Shown: positions 1 to 11,515 of the stretch, one piece after another
How the letters are laid out: each line of letters starts with the position of its first letter
Position numbering within the stretch: the first letter of the stretch is position 1
NCBI GenBank assembly: GCA_004764695.1
Contig: SMSO01000031.1
Location: 1,154,436 to 1,218,435, forward strand
Source of the DNA: Schizochytrium sp. TIO01
Lineage: Eukaryota > Protista > Bigyra: Labyrinthulomycetes
DNA length: 64,000 nt
Direction: 5' to 3'
Notes under the pieces: generated by a model
The model's database searches: none
What the model was told of the DNA's origin: nothing
What the model saw: the letters and a program-made list of their open reading frames with translations, nothing else
Translations under genes and position numbers: made by a program

Positions 1-228
1 TCGATCGCCTCGAAGAACAGAGATGGAGGAGCCTTAGTGGCCAAAGAGTGACGGCGGCCGTCCAGAGGCGTGGGAGCAATCGGCATCGGCCAGATTCTAT
101 CTGTACGTCTGCGGCGGTTCTGTTCCTCGCTTCAGGCCGCCCACCTGCCCAGACACGCTCAAGGTCGGGCGAAGGCGGCGTTGAAGAGGCCGGTCTCCGC
201 TAGCATTCGCATCATTATATGCGTGGTC

Positions 229-289
229 TATATATATATATATATATATAGACAGATGAATAGATTCTCTCTCTCTTTCTTTTTAGTTC

Positions 290-329
<40 letters not shown>

Positions 330-330
330 T
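229..330. repeat. (TA)n followed by (TC)/(TTTC)n microsatellites
   Basis: Directly visible short tandem repeats. Confidence 0.9.
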
Positions 331-542
331 TTAAAAACTGAAATTGCAATTAAGATTTGGTTATAGGTATGGTTTCGATGGCGGGCTCGATTCTACTGTT
401 TTCGCTCTGCCTGAAAGCTCCCTCCGCCTCTGCCTTGGGCGAAGAAGCAGCGCTCACAACAGCGTCAGACTCAGAAGCGCCAACTGCTGTTGATTGCTTG
501 GGTCCTCTTCATCGCCTCGAGGAAGTTTTCGCTGTGGAGGGG

Positions 543-752
543 TGTTTGTTTGTTTGTTTGTTTGTTTGTTTGTTTGTTTGTTTGTTTGTTTGTTTGTTTG
601 TTTGTTTGTTTGTTTGTTTGTTTGTTTGTTTGTTTGTTTGTTTGTTTGTTTGTTTGTTTGTTTGTTTGTTTGTTTGTTTGTTTGTTTGTTTGTTTGTTTG
701 TTTGTTTGTTTGTTTGTTTGTTTGTTTGTTTGTTTGTTTGTTTGTTTGTTTG
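543..752. repeat. (TTTG)n microsatellite, about 210 bp
   Basis: Perfect tetranucleotide array; it generates the spurious VCLF/QTNK ORFs. Confidence 0.98.
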
Positions 753-1154
753 CAAAATTGGAAAACATGAAAAGAAAGTAAAAAGCTTACTTAGTGCCGC
801 TGTTGTTGTTTGTTACTACCTTGCTTGTCATTTGTTATTTTTCATTTGTTATCCTCATTTGTTATTTTTCACTTGTGGTTTTTGTTATTTGCTGCTCTCG
901 CTTGGCGCTCCGGTGTCAGGGCATCAAAACCCAAACTCCAAGAGCACCAGCAAGCGAACTCAAGGCAAGCCTGCAAGCACCGAAGAAACTCGCAAGCGAA
1001 ACCTGCCTGCCAAGCAAACCTGAAACTCGACGCAAGCCGCGACAACTGAGCTCGCAACAGCCTAGCTGCAAGCCAAACAAACGAAGCTACACAAGCAAGC
1101 AAGCAAGCGACCAAGCAAGCGACCAAGCAACCAAGCAAGCTCAAGGACAAGACA

Positions 1155-1853
1155 ATGACGATCGCCATGACTGAAGGTATTGTAACCCCGCTCGGCACCA
1201 TGCTCGGTACGAGCATCTGGGCGCCGCAGCGACCCGTGGAAATTCACGAGCCCGTGCAAAGCTGGCCGCTCCAGCTGCCCCGCGTGGAGGCCTGTGCGCC
1301 GTTTGCGGAGACTTACAGCGTAGATGGTTCTTCTGACGGATCCTCGCGCTGCTTTGACCAGAACAGCGTCAGCTCCAGATCTTCGTACTCCATGTACGAG
1401 ACTGCATCCTCCTCGGGCGAATCTGAGCACTTCACTGAGGACGACGATTCTGAGGACGATGAGATCCGCAGCCTCGAGAGCAGCGACTGTGAAGAGAACC
1501 ACGGCAAATGCTGCGGAGGCGGACGCCGCGGGTTTGGCGGCAAGAAGCACTTCCACGGTAAGTCGCACTTCCACAAGCACGAGAACCCGTTCAAGATCAA
1601 GGGCCAGGCCACTCTGAACGAGCTCGACAAGAGCGAGAAGTGGACCTGCCCTTCCTGCGGCAACGAAAACTACAAGTGGCGCTTTGTATGCAACATCCGT
1701 CGCTGCCGCCAGCTCAAGCCCAAGGAACTCCTTGACTGCAAGCTTCCCAAGGATGCCTGGGTCTGCTTTGCATGCGGAAACCTCAACTTTGGCCACCGCA
1801 GACAATGTAACATGCGCAACTGCCGTGCACCGCGCGACCAGGTGGAGCTTTAA
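1155..1853 (+). CDS. RanBP2-type zinc finger (likely RNA-binding) protein with two C4 fingers
   Basis: WTCPSCGNENYKWRFVCNIRRC and WVCFACGNLNFGHRRQCNMRNCRAPR fit W-x-C-x2-C-x3-N...C-N-x-R-x-C. The N-terminus is acidic/Ser-rich and the codons are GC3-rich. Confidence 0.88.
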   Translation: MTIAMTEGIVTPLGTMLGTSIWAPQRPVEIHEPVQSWPLQLPRVEACAPFAETYSVDGSSDGSSRCFDQNSVSSRSSYSMYETASSSGESEHFTEDDDSEDDEIRSLESSDCEENHGKCCGGGRRGFGGKKHFHGKSHFHKHENPFKIKGQATLNELDKSEKWTCPSCGNENYKWRFVCNIRRCRQLKPKELLDCKLPKDAWVCFACGNLNFGHRRQCNMRNCRAPRDQVEL

Positions 1854-3085
1854 ATAGCTACTCCGCCTTGCCTGATCATCACAATTTCATCGGAAACTGC
1901 CTTGACCTCAGCGCGCTGGTTGAGCGAGATAATCCCACCATTTGCACTTTTACAACACAACATATCCACTTCGACACAGGAATGCACTGTATTTGACTCA
2001 AAGGAGATGGCCCGACTGGCGGATTGATTGACTGCGGTCCCATCATTAGACTACGGGTTTTTCCAATGGTTTTGCTCCTGTGTCCCTTTTGTTGGACAAA
2101 ATTAATTTGAGACATACATTTCTCCTCAGCGCGTCAAATTTTATATGCACATAATGATGACACATTTGCATACACCCGGAACGGATGCTGCCTGCCACAT
2201 TTTGTAAGTACTCTACTACTACTCTACTGATTTTACATACAGATTTTATCATAACGTACAATTTTCTATAATCTTCTATTCCTTCATTCATTTTACCAAG
2301 GTCATCCTCTTCATGCATGGACCGGGGATGCTGTTCATTATGAATGATTGTACAAAGTCCCCAACATGTGGCTCTTCTTCTTCTTCTTCCTTTCGTGAAG
2401 CGGTTCTATCGTGCTGCCCACCTCAAGGGTAGTACTTGATATCAAATCGGAAACGTCACCTAGATTCTGTTAGTTTTGGTCACGAATTATTTATTCCATA
2501 TAGGGCCAGACTAGGATGTACCTAGGTACTTATTGATTGATTTGAAGATTTGAGATTTATGTCATGGTCAAGATTGACCACAACCTTTGATCCCCCCCAC
2601 CCAACTCGTTAGCATACTAGGACCAAAGGAGCATTCAAGAAGCGGCAAAGCCAGCACAACACTAGAGTTTTCAGAACCATTGAGGCCAATAGAAGGAGGT
2701 ATTCTCTATTATGAAAGTTATTGTTATTTCCGTTATCGCTAATGATGAATAACTATTAAATTGCGAAGAAGATGTTTATGTGTATGAAAGCGCTTGCTTG
2801 AGTGTCCAATAAATTGAGGCCAACATTAGTGTGACCCGCCAGAGCCAAGAGTGAATTCATGTCAATTCTTTAGTACGTACTTTTGAAAAAACAAAACAAA
2901 AAAAGGAGATGATCAACAGTCTCGGCAGCGAAGATTGAGGCGATATTGGACGAGGAAAGTTTTCGGCGCACAGAGAGAAGAGAAGGCATATGATAGGGAA
3001 TGAAGAGAAGGGATTGGAAGGGCGAAAAGTAGAGTATCCAGTTGCTTGAGTACATCCAACAACTGCTTGTTTTTTGGTTTTCGGT

Positions 3086-5572
3086 TTACTTCTTTCGCGA
3101 AGCCTTTGATGACTTACCCTTCCACATTGCATTGCGGAAGAACTCTGTCATGCTTTCTTCGACACGCTTGTCTTGCAAGCGGGCCTTGCTCGAGTTTGTG
3201 GCATCGTCTTCGCCAGTCGCCACTGTGGCGTCAGAGTTTGCGTCTTGAGGAGCAGAAGCCTTGGACTTCTTTGCGGAAGGCGACTTCGCGGCAGGGGATG
3301 GCGCAGCTCGTTTCTTACCGGCCAACTGTTTCTGGGATCCACCTCGTGATGAGCCAGCAGATTCAGATGCACTGGCATCTTGGTCCTCCTCGCCATCGTC
3401 GTTCAAAAGCGACTGTGCGAGCTTAGAGATAGACGGAAGAATACTCGACGGGTACGCATCGAGCATGTCAAGAACTGGTCCGTGTTTGGCGAGCTGTGAA
3501 CCATCCTGGCCACGGCGACGAGGCAGATCCTCGAACTGGGTCTTGGCACCTCCGTTGTGCACCAACGCGTAGTTGCTCTGGCGCAGAGCCTCCGCCTCGT
3601 CGCCTTCGTTTTCCTGACGCTTGTGAGAAGAGGTACAAGCGACAAGCTCGACCTCATCCCGGTCTGTGAGCACTGCATAGCCACTCTTCACAGAGAGGAA
3701 CGACACGTCGACAGGTTCTCCAGTGCGAAGCTTGAGCACTTCGTGGCGCACTGGCACAGGCTTGTCCTCGAAGACCAACAGGTGGCGGTTCTGTGCAACC
3801 ACAAGAATCTGAGACTGGTGTGCTTGAAGGGCGTTCACAGTGCCAACCTTGACGGACCAGAGCACGCGTCCTTCGATGGTATCCCAAACGTAGACAGCTC
3901 CAGCAGAGGTCGCCACGGCCATGAGGGTCTGACGGAAAAATGCAACGTGTGTCACAGATGTCGCACCCCTTTCAGGGCGTGGGTGAGCGCAGACATCGAT
4001 CAAAGAGTTGGTCATCGGGTTCCAGAGGGTGACAAGGTCCTCGTAAGCGAGAGCCAGCACAGAGCCATCTTGACTCAAGTCTGCGGCAAGAATGGGGGAA
4101 GAGCGATAGAAACCCACGGAGCGGCAAAACCATTCTCCAGAGCCTTGCTTGCGCGACCACACCTTGAAAGTGGAGTCCTTGGAGGCTGTGATAGCCATGT
4201 CACCACGAGGGTGCATAAGGAGAGCCACCACAGGCTTTTTGTGTGGTTGTTGAACCTGGGTAGTTACCTCAAAGGAGGTCTGTGCACCGTTTCCGTTGCG
4301 CACAAGCGACCAGAACTTCAATGAGAGCGTCTCAAGGCGGCGCTCGACAGTGGCCATTCGAGATCCAGAACCTGGAACGAAAGCAACACGGTCCACGTTG
4401 GTCGGGATCACAGGGCGGTCAGCTTCTGTTTTGTTAAGAGAATTACGAGCCACGACATCAACAGAGCCCAATTGTTTCTCGCGAGCCATATCAAAGAACT
4501 GCAAGCTTCCCGGGGTACGCTGAATCAGAACCGCACCTGATCGCGGGTCCACAACGAGTCCAATGCGAGGGCGGCGTGCCACACGGGGTACAGCTGTGAG
4601 GGCCTGAAGAACACGAACCACACGGCGAGTGCGAGCATCGATAATCTTGATAGCAGATGTTTCCATGAGCACGGCGTAATGAGCTCCATCGGTACTAGCA
4701 GTAACGCGTGTGATTACGCCTCCGAGACGAGGCAGGAAGACACGAGCTCCAGTCTCAAGCTGCCAGACTACGAGCACGGACTCCTGACCACCACTGATGA
4801 AGTTATTGCCATCGCTGCTAAATGCAAGCGATCCCACCGGGTTCGCATGCCAGTGCAGAATAGTCCTCGCGGTGGACGCAAATGAAGTCGGGCCGTCCTT
4901 TCGAAACACAATAATTTGTCCATCAGTATCTCCCGCAATAATGATATCCTTCGTTGGGTGAATATCTGCGCACGTAAACGGAAGCGTATGCGATAGCTTG
5001 TACACCTCCCCATTAACTGTGTCATGAACCACAATGACCTGCTTTGTTACGCACACCACATAAGGGCCCTTTTCCTCGGCAGCCCGAGCGCAGCCTCCCT
5101 GGATAAGCTGCAGACACTTGGCACCGCGACTCTTATATACGTTGTTCAACACGCGGACCTCAGCCTTGCCCTTGGCACCCGGCACGATTTCAATCTTGCA
5201 GAGTCTCCACGGGTTGTTGTTGTTCCTGCTTGCGTTGCCATTCTGAGAGCTCACAGCAAATTTACGCTCCATAATGCCGTAGTTGCCAGCAATCATGGTC
5301 AGCTCCGACTTAGGCACGGTCTGAAGGCAGCGGCCGTTTTCGAGGTCCCAGACCTTGAGGCAGCCGCTGCGGTCGAGCGAGATGATCTGGGTGACGTCCC
5401 AGGCGCTCTCACAGACGGCGACAATGTCGGTTTCATGGCCTCGGAGCGTATGGACGACCTCGCCTGTCGCCAAAGCCACGAGCTTTACATCGCTCCCGCT
5501 TGCGTGAACAAGGGTCTTGTTCTTGGCCACGAATCGCAGCACGCCGCTAGGGGCGTTGTTGCCTCGGCCCAT
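3086..5572 (-). CDS. WDR75: WD40-repeat protein WDR75/UTP17 (SSU processome t-UTP)
   Basis: Multiple WD repeats and the family-typical LHWHANPVGSLAFSSDG...SGGQESVLVVWQLETG...FLPRLG, LKFW and WFCRSVGFYR segments. First in-frame ATG is at 5572; the ORF track starts at an upstream non-ATG codon. Confidence 0.88.
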   Translation of the reverse strand: MGRGNNAPSGVLRFVAKNKTLVHASGSDVKLVALATGEVVHTLRGHETDIVAVCESAWDVTQIISLDRSGCLKVWDLENGRCLQTVPKSELTMIAGNYGIMERKFAVSSQNGNASRNNNNPWRLCKIEIVPGAKGKAEVRVLNNVYKSRGAKCLQLIQGGCARAAEEKGPYVVCVTKQVIVVHDTVNGEVYKLSHTLPFTCADIHPTKDIIIAGDTDGQIIVFRKDGPTSFASTARTILHWHANPVGSLAFSSDGNNFISGGQESVLVVWQLETGARVFLPRLGGVITRVTASTDGAHYAVLMETSAIKIIDARTRRVVRVLQALTAVPRVARRPRIGLVVDPRSGAVLIQRTPGSLQFFDMAREKQLGSVDVVARNSLNKTEADRPVIPTNVDRVAFVPGSGSRMATVERRLETLSLKFWSLVRNGNGAQTSFEVTTQVQQPHKKPVVALLMHPRGDMAITASKDSTFKVWSRKQGSGEWFCRSVGFYRSSPILAADLSQDGSVLALAYEDLVTLWNPMTNSLIDVCAHPRPERGATSVTHVAFFRQTLMAVATSAGAVYVWDTIEGRVLWSVKVGTVNALQAHQSQILVVAQNRHLLVFEDKPVPVRHEVLKLRTGEPVDVSFLSVKSGYAVLTDRDEVELVACTSSHKRQENEGDEAEALRQSNYALVHNGGAKTQFEDLPRRRGQDGSQLAKHGPVLDMLDAYPSSILPSISKLAQSLLNDDGEEDQDASASESAGSSRGGSQKQLAGKKRAAPSPAAKSPSAKKSKASAPQDANSDATVATGEDDATNSSKARLQDKRVEESMTEFFRNAMWKGKSSKASRKK

Positions 5573-6139
5573 GGTCTCCTCGCCGTGAAGAGATGCAAAA
5601 ACAAACAACGACGACGACGACGAAGGAAAGAAGGCCGAGGAGCCACGCGAAGCAAGAACCACCGAAAAAGCGAGACCCTACTCGCTCGCAATGAGGCAGC
5701 GGTGGAGATGCCCAAAGCTTGTTTGCTCGCCACTCGTGAATTGTTTCATTTCCTTCAATTTAGTGAGTTCAATCACCTTTTTAATATGAAAAATGAGTGA
5801 CTAAACAATTAATTACAAGCTATCGAGACATCACCAATTCAAGCAGTCATATCTGCCTTCCATCCTGCATGCATCGAGCTGCCGATTGCGAAGCTTGATC
5901 AGTTCTCCAGCAGCTTCGCAGTCTCGCTTTATTTTGCTGCATTCTCGAGCGCCTTGCCGGCCAGAGCTTTCGCTCATGGCTCGAAGCTCAATTTGGCTGG
6001 CCCACAGCATTACTATGGAGAACACCGCCAGTTCTGCGCCACCCGTGTCTTGGCGGCATTTGCTTAACCAATATATATAAAGCGTATTGCCCTCATCCTG
6101 ATATCGCATTGTAATGACTCCTCCATTAACAGGCGATTA

Positions 6140-6155
6140 GCGGTCTTAGCTCAGG

Positions 6156-6188
<33 letters not shown>

Positions 6189-6212
6189 TGCGTTCGATCC
6201 GCGGAGACCGCA
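6140..6212 (+). tRNA. tRNA-Phe (GAA)
   Basis: Acceptor stem GCGGTCT/AGACCGC+A, D arm GCTC/GAGC, anticodon arm TCAGA-CTGAAGA-TCTGA, T arm CTGCG-TTCGATC-CGCGG; 73 nt with no encoded CCA. Confidence 0.97.
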
Positions 6213-6230
6213 TTTGTTTTTTTTTTTTTT
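6213..6230 (+). terminator. RNA polymerase III oligo-T terminator of tRNA-Phe
   Basis: Long T run immediately after the discriminator base. Confidence 0.85.
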
Positions 6231-6879
6231 ACCTCCTTATATATATATGTATTCTTTTTTTTTAATTCATTACTTTTAATTTCCATTCAAAGTAGCTTTC
6301 ATAGTGATTATTGTAGCACTCTCTACAGGCAAGAAAGAGGCGCCTAGGGATGACTCGGAGATTGTCAACTTACTGCTCGAGATGAGATGAAATGACGATG
6401 CGATTATAGAAAGAAGACGCGTGGAGTTAGGCAGGCAAGGTGTAGATGGGACGAAGTTTGAGACAGAGAAACTGCCTTTATTAGGTTTTCCTTTATCATC
6501 TTTGCTTGATTTCTTTTCTTTTTTAATAATGAAGAATTGCTCACCTTCACTTATTTATAAGGGTCGGAGATGTGGACTCATGAAGAGATATGGACTGTTG
6601 TACAGCCGTAGGACTTCAAAACTACTTCCTGCTTTCATGAAAGGGCTCTTGTAGAGGTCGGTGCTGAATAGAAATTCACCATTTCTGAATAAACAAGAAA
6701 ACCTAAAGTTCAATGAGTGATTTTCTGACTTATTCTTGGCCATTGTATTTTGTGCCAGCATCTTCCCAGCATTTAATATCGTGTCCATCTTTTCATAAGC
6801 CCCCCCCCATCAACCTTGGCTGTATGCGTACAAATGACAAGCCGTGCGGGTTTAGGAATTATGGGAGTGGATACACGTT

Positions 6880-7700
6880 ATCTCCCCACTTTCTCAAAAT
6901 CTTCTCTTGATGAATTGCCCGTGCTCGCTGTTTCGCGATCTTGCCAGAGTTGGTTTCTCTCACCTACGAGGCACAATAATTCGTCAAAATGCGCCATCAA
7001 CTCTTCTAAACTGTCTGTGCGATTTGGTATTCACTCACTCGCCCTGAGTGGTTATCAGGTACCCAGTTTTGTAACCAGCTCTGTCTCTAGAGCTATAATC
7101 ATACACCCATCGCTTGCGAAAGTCCATCTAATTTGCCAAGTTTTTCTGCCTAAAGCCTGCAATGCCAGCGCCCTCATCGATCTACTCCATCCCAGAAGTA
7201 AAAGGCGCAAGCTCTTGATGCTGTTCCAAAGAGAGCCACGAAAGCTCCTCAAAAAGCCTCGAGCTCTCGACTTGGCACTTTCATCGATCGAAGCCACGGC
7301 ATCTTTCTTCTTGAAGAGCCAAGAATTGCACTACATAATTAAGGATTTGAGTGTGTGCAGATTCAATGGCGGTGTAAGTGTGCACTGGGCTCCAACCATG
7401 ATGGTCGTGTGCAAATTGCTTACGTGTCTCAAGACCTCGAAGACGTTCATTCGATTGATTGATCTCCAGCAGCGACCTCAGTTCAGCTGCAGGGCCTTCG
7501 AGCTGCGCCTTGTCCAGCTGAGTTCACGGAGCGCGAAGGAACTCCAAAACCCCTCTCTTCGATTCTTCTTCTGTGATGTGCATACCTCCTTATTATTTTG
7601 CTGCTGCTTAAAGGCGCCTTCTTCACGGCTGTGTCAACCGTGCCAAGATGGTGGCCCTTGCCGATTGCCAGCAGAGCAGGCTGTCCACGCTTGGTAATTC
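6880..7700 (-). pseudogene. Degenerate coding remnant with ankyrin-like motifs
   Basis: Manual minus-strand translation gives protein-like text broken by several stops, including DHHGWSPVHTYTAIESAHTQILNYVVQF and, in another frame, GQPALLAIGKGH. Both resemble the ankyrin consensus. Confidence 0.35.
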
Positions 7701-7915
7701 AGCACTGAGAGACCTCCCGAAAGACGATGGAGATGGTGGGTCTCTCGATTTCTTCAAGTTGTGCTCGAAGAATTATAATAGAAGGTACCTTCTGCATGAC
7801 TCAATCAATCCCATTGCCAAACTTTACATCTATGATTTACATCATAGGCCTGATCTGGATTGCTATAGTTTAGGATAGCTGCGGCCTATTGCGCAATCGC
7901 ATTTGTTGCCGATGA

Positions 7916-7966
7916 AATAAAATTAAATAAATAAATAAATAAATAAATGAATAAATAAATAAATAA
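7916..7966. repeat. (TAAA)n microsatellite
   Basis: Directly visible. Confidence 0.9.
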
Positions 7967-8808
7967 GCAGGTCGGGAGTTCTGCTGAAGAGCCAAACCAT
8001 CGCTGGACTCCTCCTCCTTGAGCTTGCCCATGTCTTGAGTGCGGGTGGTGGCAGATAATGGGTAACTTGTCCTTTGGGATGGAGCAATTATGAAATCAGA
8101 AATCAGGGCCCCTTGGTCGTTGGTTCGCCTCGCTTGATCAAGTTGTGTTTTTATTTTTAACCAATATAGCTAGCCCACTACTAGTATTACCTATAGGTGA
8201 GGGAGCAATCATCGTTTGTTGGTTTATTATTTTATTTGTTTAGTTCGTTAGTTTTTTTGTTTCTTCTTAAAATTAAAATAATTTGGTTGTAGTAGGCTTA
8301 TTTAACTATTAAGTAGTAATCACTATTTTTGACTTCCTTTAAAAAAATAAAAAATATTTTAAATCTTATCATAGTTCGTCATCAAAACTGGCGAAAACAT
8401 CGCCGACGTTGCGGATTTTCAATCATCCCATATAAGTTGACTTAATTCCCTTTTGGCAGCGGCCTGACAGGCGCTGCAGTGTGGCGACCAACTGCAGCTC
8501 TCTGAGACGCATCGCTCCTGGGCGAGGCGGGCTCAAAAGAACTGCTGCTTTCAGAACTGCTGTGCCGTGTCGTTGGACGGTCGGAGTTTGGCGCCGTCCT
8601 TGAGGACAGATAACATTGTCATCGTCTTAAAGAGCCCCTTAACTGCTGTACCTTCCTTGTTTGCTTTTGCCTTTACGTCAAGCTCGAGTAAAGACCGCTT
8701 TGCCGAGACTAAGGTCTGATATTTACTCAAAGGAGCCCTGACAAGAAACTACTCAACCTTTGAGAAAATTAATTTGCCGGTCTCTCGTGCCTCAATAAAT
8801 AGACAAAA

Positions 8809-10365
8809 ATGGATGTGACCCCCGCAAAAGCAACTCAAAAGGCGGCCATGACCACCGCACCATCAATTATAGAATCCCGTAAATCGCTCATCCCTGCCGA
8901 TGCAGAGGACCAGAGCATTTTTACTGCATTGACAACCTACATGGGCTATATTGTGCTTTTCTTCTTCGGCCATTTGCGGGACACCTTCGGCAAGATTACC
9001 GGCCGATCTCGCTTTCGTGATGAGCTTCTTACCCGTCACTTTGACGAAGCACCTCTGCTTGAGCCCGGTGGTCCTGCCTTCTATGTGCGGCGTCTCAAGC
9101 ACCGCATTCAGGACTGTTTCTTCCGTCCTATTAACTCTCGTCCTGGAGCTTGGATTGATGTTATGGAGCAGCGTGTCGGAGCCGACGGCGTTCACATGGA
9201 GATCACTGGTGAGACCAAACACTGCCTTAACCTCGGCTCGTACAACTACCTTGGTTTTGCAGATGACTGGGACAACACTTGTGGTGAGTCAGTTCATGCT
9301 TCTCTTGATTTCTACGGACCAGCTACGTGCTCTTCTATGGCTGATGCTGGCACCATGCGAGTTCATCGAGAACTCGAGGAGGAGGTAGCTCGTTTTGTTG
9401 GCAAGCCTGCTGCTCTTGTATTCAACATGGGATTCAACACGAATGCCCTGACACTCCCGGCTATTGCACGCCCGGGCTCGCTCATTATCAGCGACAAACT
9501 TAACCATACCTCCATCGTCAACGGTTGCCGTGACTCCGGCGCCAAAACCACGGCGTTCAAGCACAACGATATTGTGGATCTTGAGCGAGTAATTCGTGCG
9601 TCTATCATTGAAGGCCGAGGTAAACCTGGCGAGGTGTACCGCCCATGGACAATGATTATGGTTGTTGTGGAAGGTATTTACAGTATGGAAGGAGAGCTCT
9701 GTAACCTTCGTGGCGTTGTAGACGTTGCCAAAAAATACAAGTGCTACACTTATGTTGACGAAGCGCACTCCATTGGTGCTCTTGGAGAGACCGGCCGTGG
9801 TATTTGTGAGCATGCAGGCGTGAACCCGGATGAAGTTGACATCCTCATGGGCACCTTTACAAAGAGTTTTGGTGGTATGGGTGGCTACATTGCTGCATCC
9901 AAGGACTTGATTGACTACATTCGTGCCACATCGGCTGGTGCTGTATATTCTGCTAGCCTCTCTCCTGTCGTGGCGCAACAGGTCTTGACTGCCTTTCGGA
10001 TTATCACTGGTGAAGATGGCACCACCGTGGGCCGTGATCGCCTGCGCGCCATTCGAGAAAACGCCAACTTCTTCCGTCACTCTTTGAAAAAAATGGGCTG
10101 CTCTGTTCTCGGTGATGATGATTCTCCTATCATCCCTATGATGCTCTTCCACTCCACAAAGATTGCTGCCTTCTCTAGGGAAGCCTACGACCGCAACCTC
10201 GCTGTTGTTGTCGTTGGTGCTCCCGCTGTACCCATTTATGGTGGTCGTGTCCGTTTCTGCATTTCTGCTGCTCACACTAAGGAGGATTTGAAGATGGCTC
10301 TTAAGAAGATCAAAGAGATCTCCAAGGTTTTGAATCTTCGTTACACCCAATCCATGTTTGGTTAA
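8809..10365 (+). CDS. LCB2: Serine palmitoyltransferase catalytic subunit (LCB2/SPTLC2)
   Basis: CLNLGSYNYLGFA, VEGIYSMEG, YVDEAHSIGALG and the PLP-lysine motif DILMGTFTKSFG; N-terminal hydrophobic helix. Confidence 0.96.
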   Translation: MDVTPAKATQKAAMTTAPSIIESRKSLIPADAEDQSIFTALTTYMGYIVLFFFGHLRDTFGKITGRSRFRDELLTRHFDEAPLLEPGGPAFYVRRLKHRIQDCFFRPINSRPGAWIDVMEQRVGADGVHMEITGETKHCLNLGSYNYLGFADDWDNTCGESVHASLDFYGPATCSSMADAGTMRVHRELEEEVARFVGKPAALVFNMGFNTNALTLPAIARPGSLIISDKLNHTSIVNGCRDSGAKTTAFKHNDIVDLERVIRASIIEGRGKPGEVYRPWTMIMVVVEGIYSMEGELCNLRGVVDVAKKYKCYTYVDEAHSIGALGETGRGICEHAGVNPDEVDILMGTFTKSFGGMGGYIAASKDLIDYIRATSAGAVYSASLSPVVAQQVLTAFRIITGEDGTTVGRDRLRAIRENANFFRHSLKKMGCSVLGDDDSPIIPMMLFHSTKIAAFSREAYDRNLAVVVVGAPAVPIYGGRVRFCISAAHTKEDLKMALKKIKEISKVLNLRYTQSMFG

Positions 10366-10574
10366 AACCACATGATTTTGCATATTTTACAAGGCAGTTA
10401 CAAAAATACTGAATTCTGTCAAGTTCCTTGTTTCATTTTTTCTCCAAGTGAAAAAGGGCCTGGGACAAACCCAGCTATAACATATGATCTTATTAAGTAG
10501 AAGGCCTTTGTGTCTCGCACTACCTTACGACGCTGTGCACGTGTGTTGCTGCTACGAAAATCCCTACCTGAAAG

Positions 10575-10628
10575 TAAACAAACAAACAAACAAACAAACA
10601 AAACAAAACAAAACAAAATAAAAACAAC
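10575..10628. repeat. (AAAC)/(AAAAC)n microsatellite
   Basis: Directly visible. Confidence 0.85.
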
Positions 10629-11515
10629 ATAGAATAGATTCAACCAAACTCAAATTAAATTACCTTTCGCTTCTGTTCATCAGATTTTACTATGCCTGAT
10701 GTTACCCTGGCTTTGGACTTGACCAAACACCTCATGTAGGCTATTTCTGATTCTCGTATGGCGGGCTATCGCCTTTGGTTTAGCCGGAATAGTGCCTTTC
10801 TTCTTCTCCCTCAAAACAAAGAAAATTAAAGTAAAGACGCTAGAGATATTCCATTTCCCCTCCTTTTTCCCTTAACCAGTGGCATCTATTTGCTCACACT
10901 ATGCAAACAGCACCTCCACACTGCTTACAGTAATGACCAAGACGTCAGTCAACCTACTCTGAAAAATAACACTCTTATTTTCCTCCTGACCATGGACAAG
11001 ACCACCTGCATTATGCAAGACAATGGAATTCACCCTTCATGCTCTGCCAGGATGCGTTGCAATTATCAGAACTGTAATTGCTTTCTTTCTCCATCCTGCA
11101 ACACTTAGGAGAACAGTGCACTTCAATTTTCTCAGCAAATTCTTCCATCATTATTAAAGTATGCTTCTTGATTATCTTCATCTTGTTTACAAAGCACCAC
11201 CCTTCAGTGACCCTGGGAGAGCAGTATCTCAAATAGGCCACCAAGTTCAAGCAAAGCCTTCGATGAAAATGAGTTAACAGAATTCTTCCCTTTGTCCGGT
11301 GAATCAAGGCTTTTAGGGCGATGAAGGGTCTTAATAATAAATAGGCGAGTCCTACTGTAACATGTTGTAGAATAAGACTAATGACAGCAAATAGCAAAAC
11401 TGTAAATCCATCGCATTGGTGTGGCACTCCTGTGCTCAGGTTTGCAGCAAGCCGCGGTAACTTTGCTAAAGACATCCTCGCAGCGGTTTCGCTGTGTGGT
11501 TTCGTGGTTGCTGAG

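Noticed and set aside
357-1023. ORFs with VCLF/QTNK repeats
   Set aside because: Translations of the (TTTG)n microsatellite.
9289-10383. 364-aa antisense ORF (similarly 1062-1805, 3557-4324, 5024-5800)
   Set aside because: Antisense shadows of well-supported genes, arising from codon bias.
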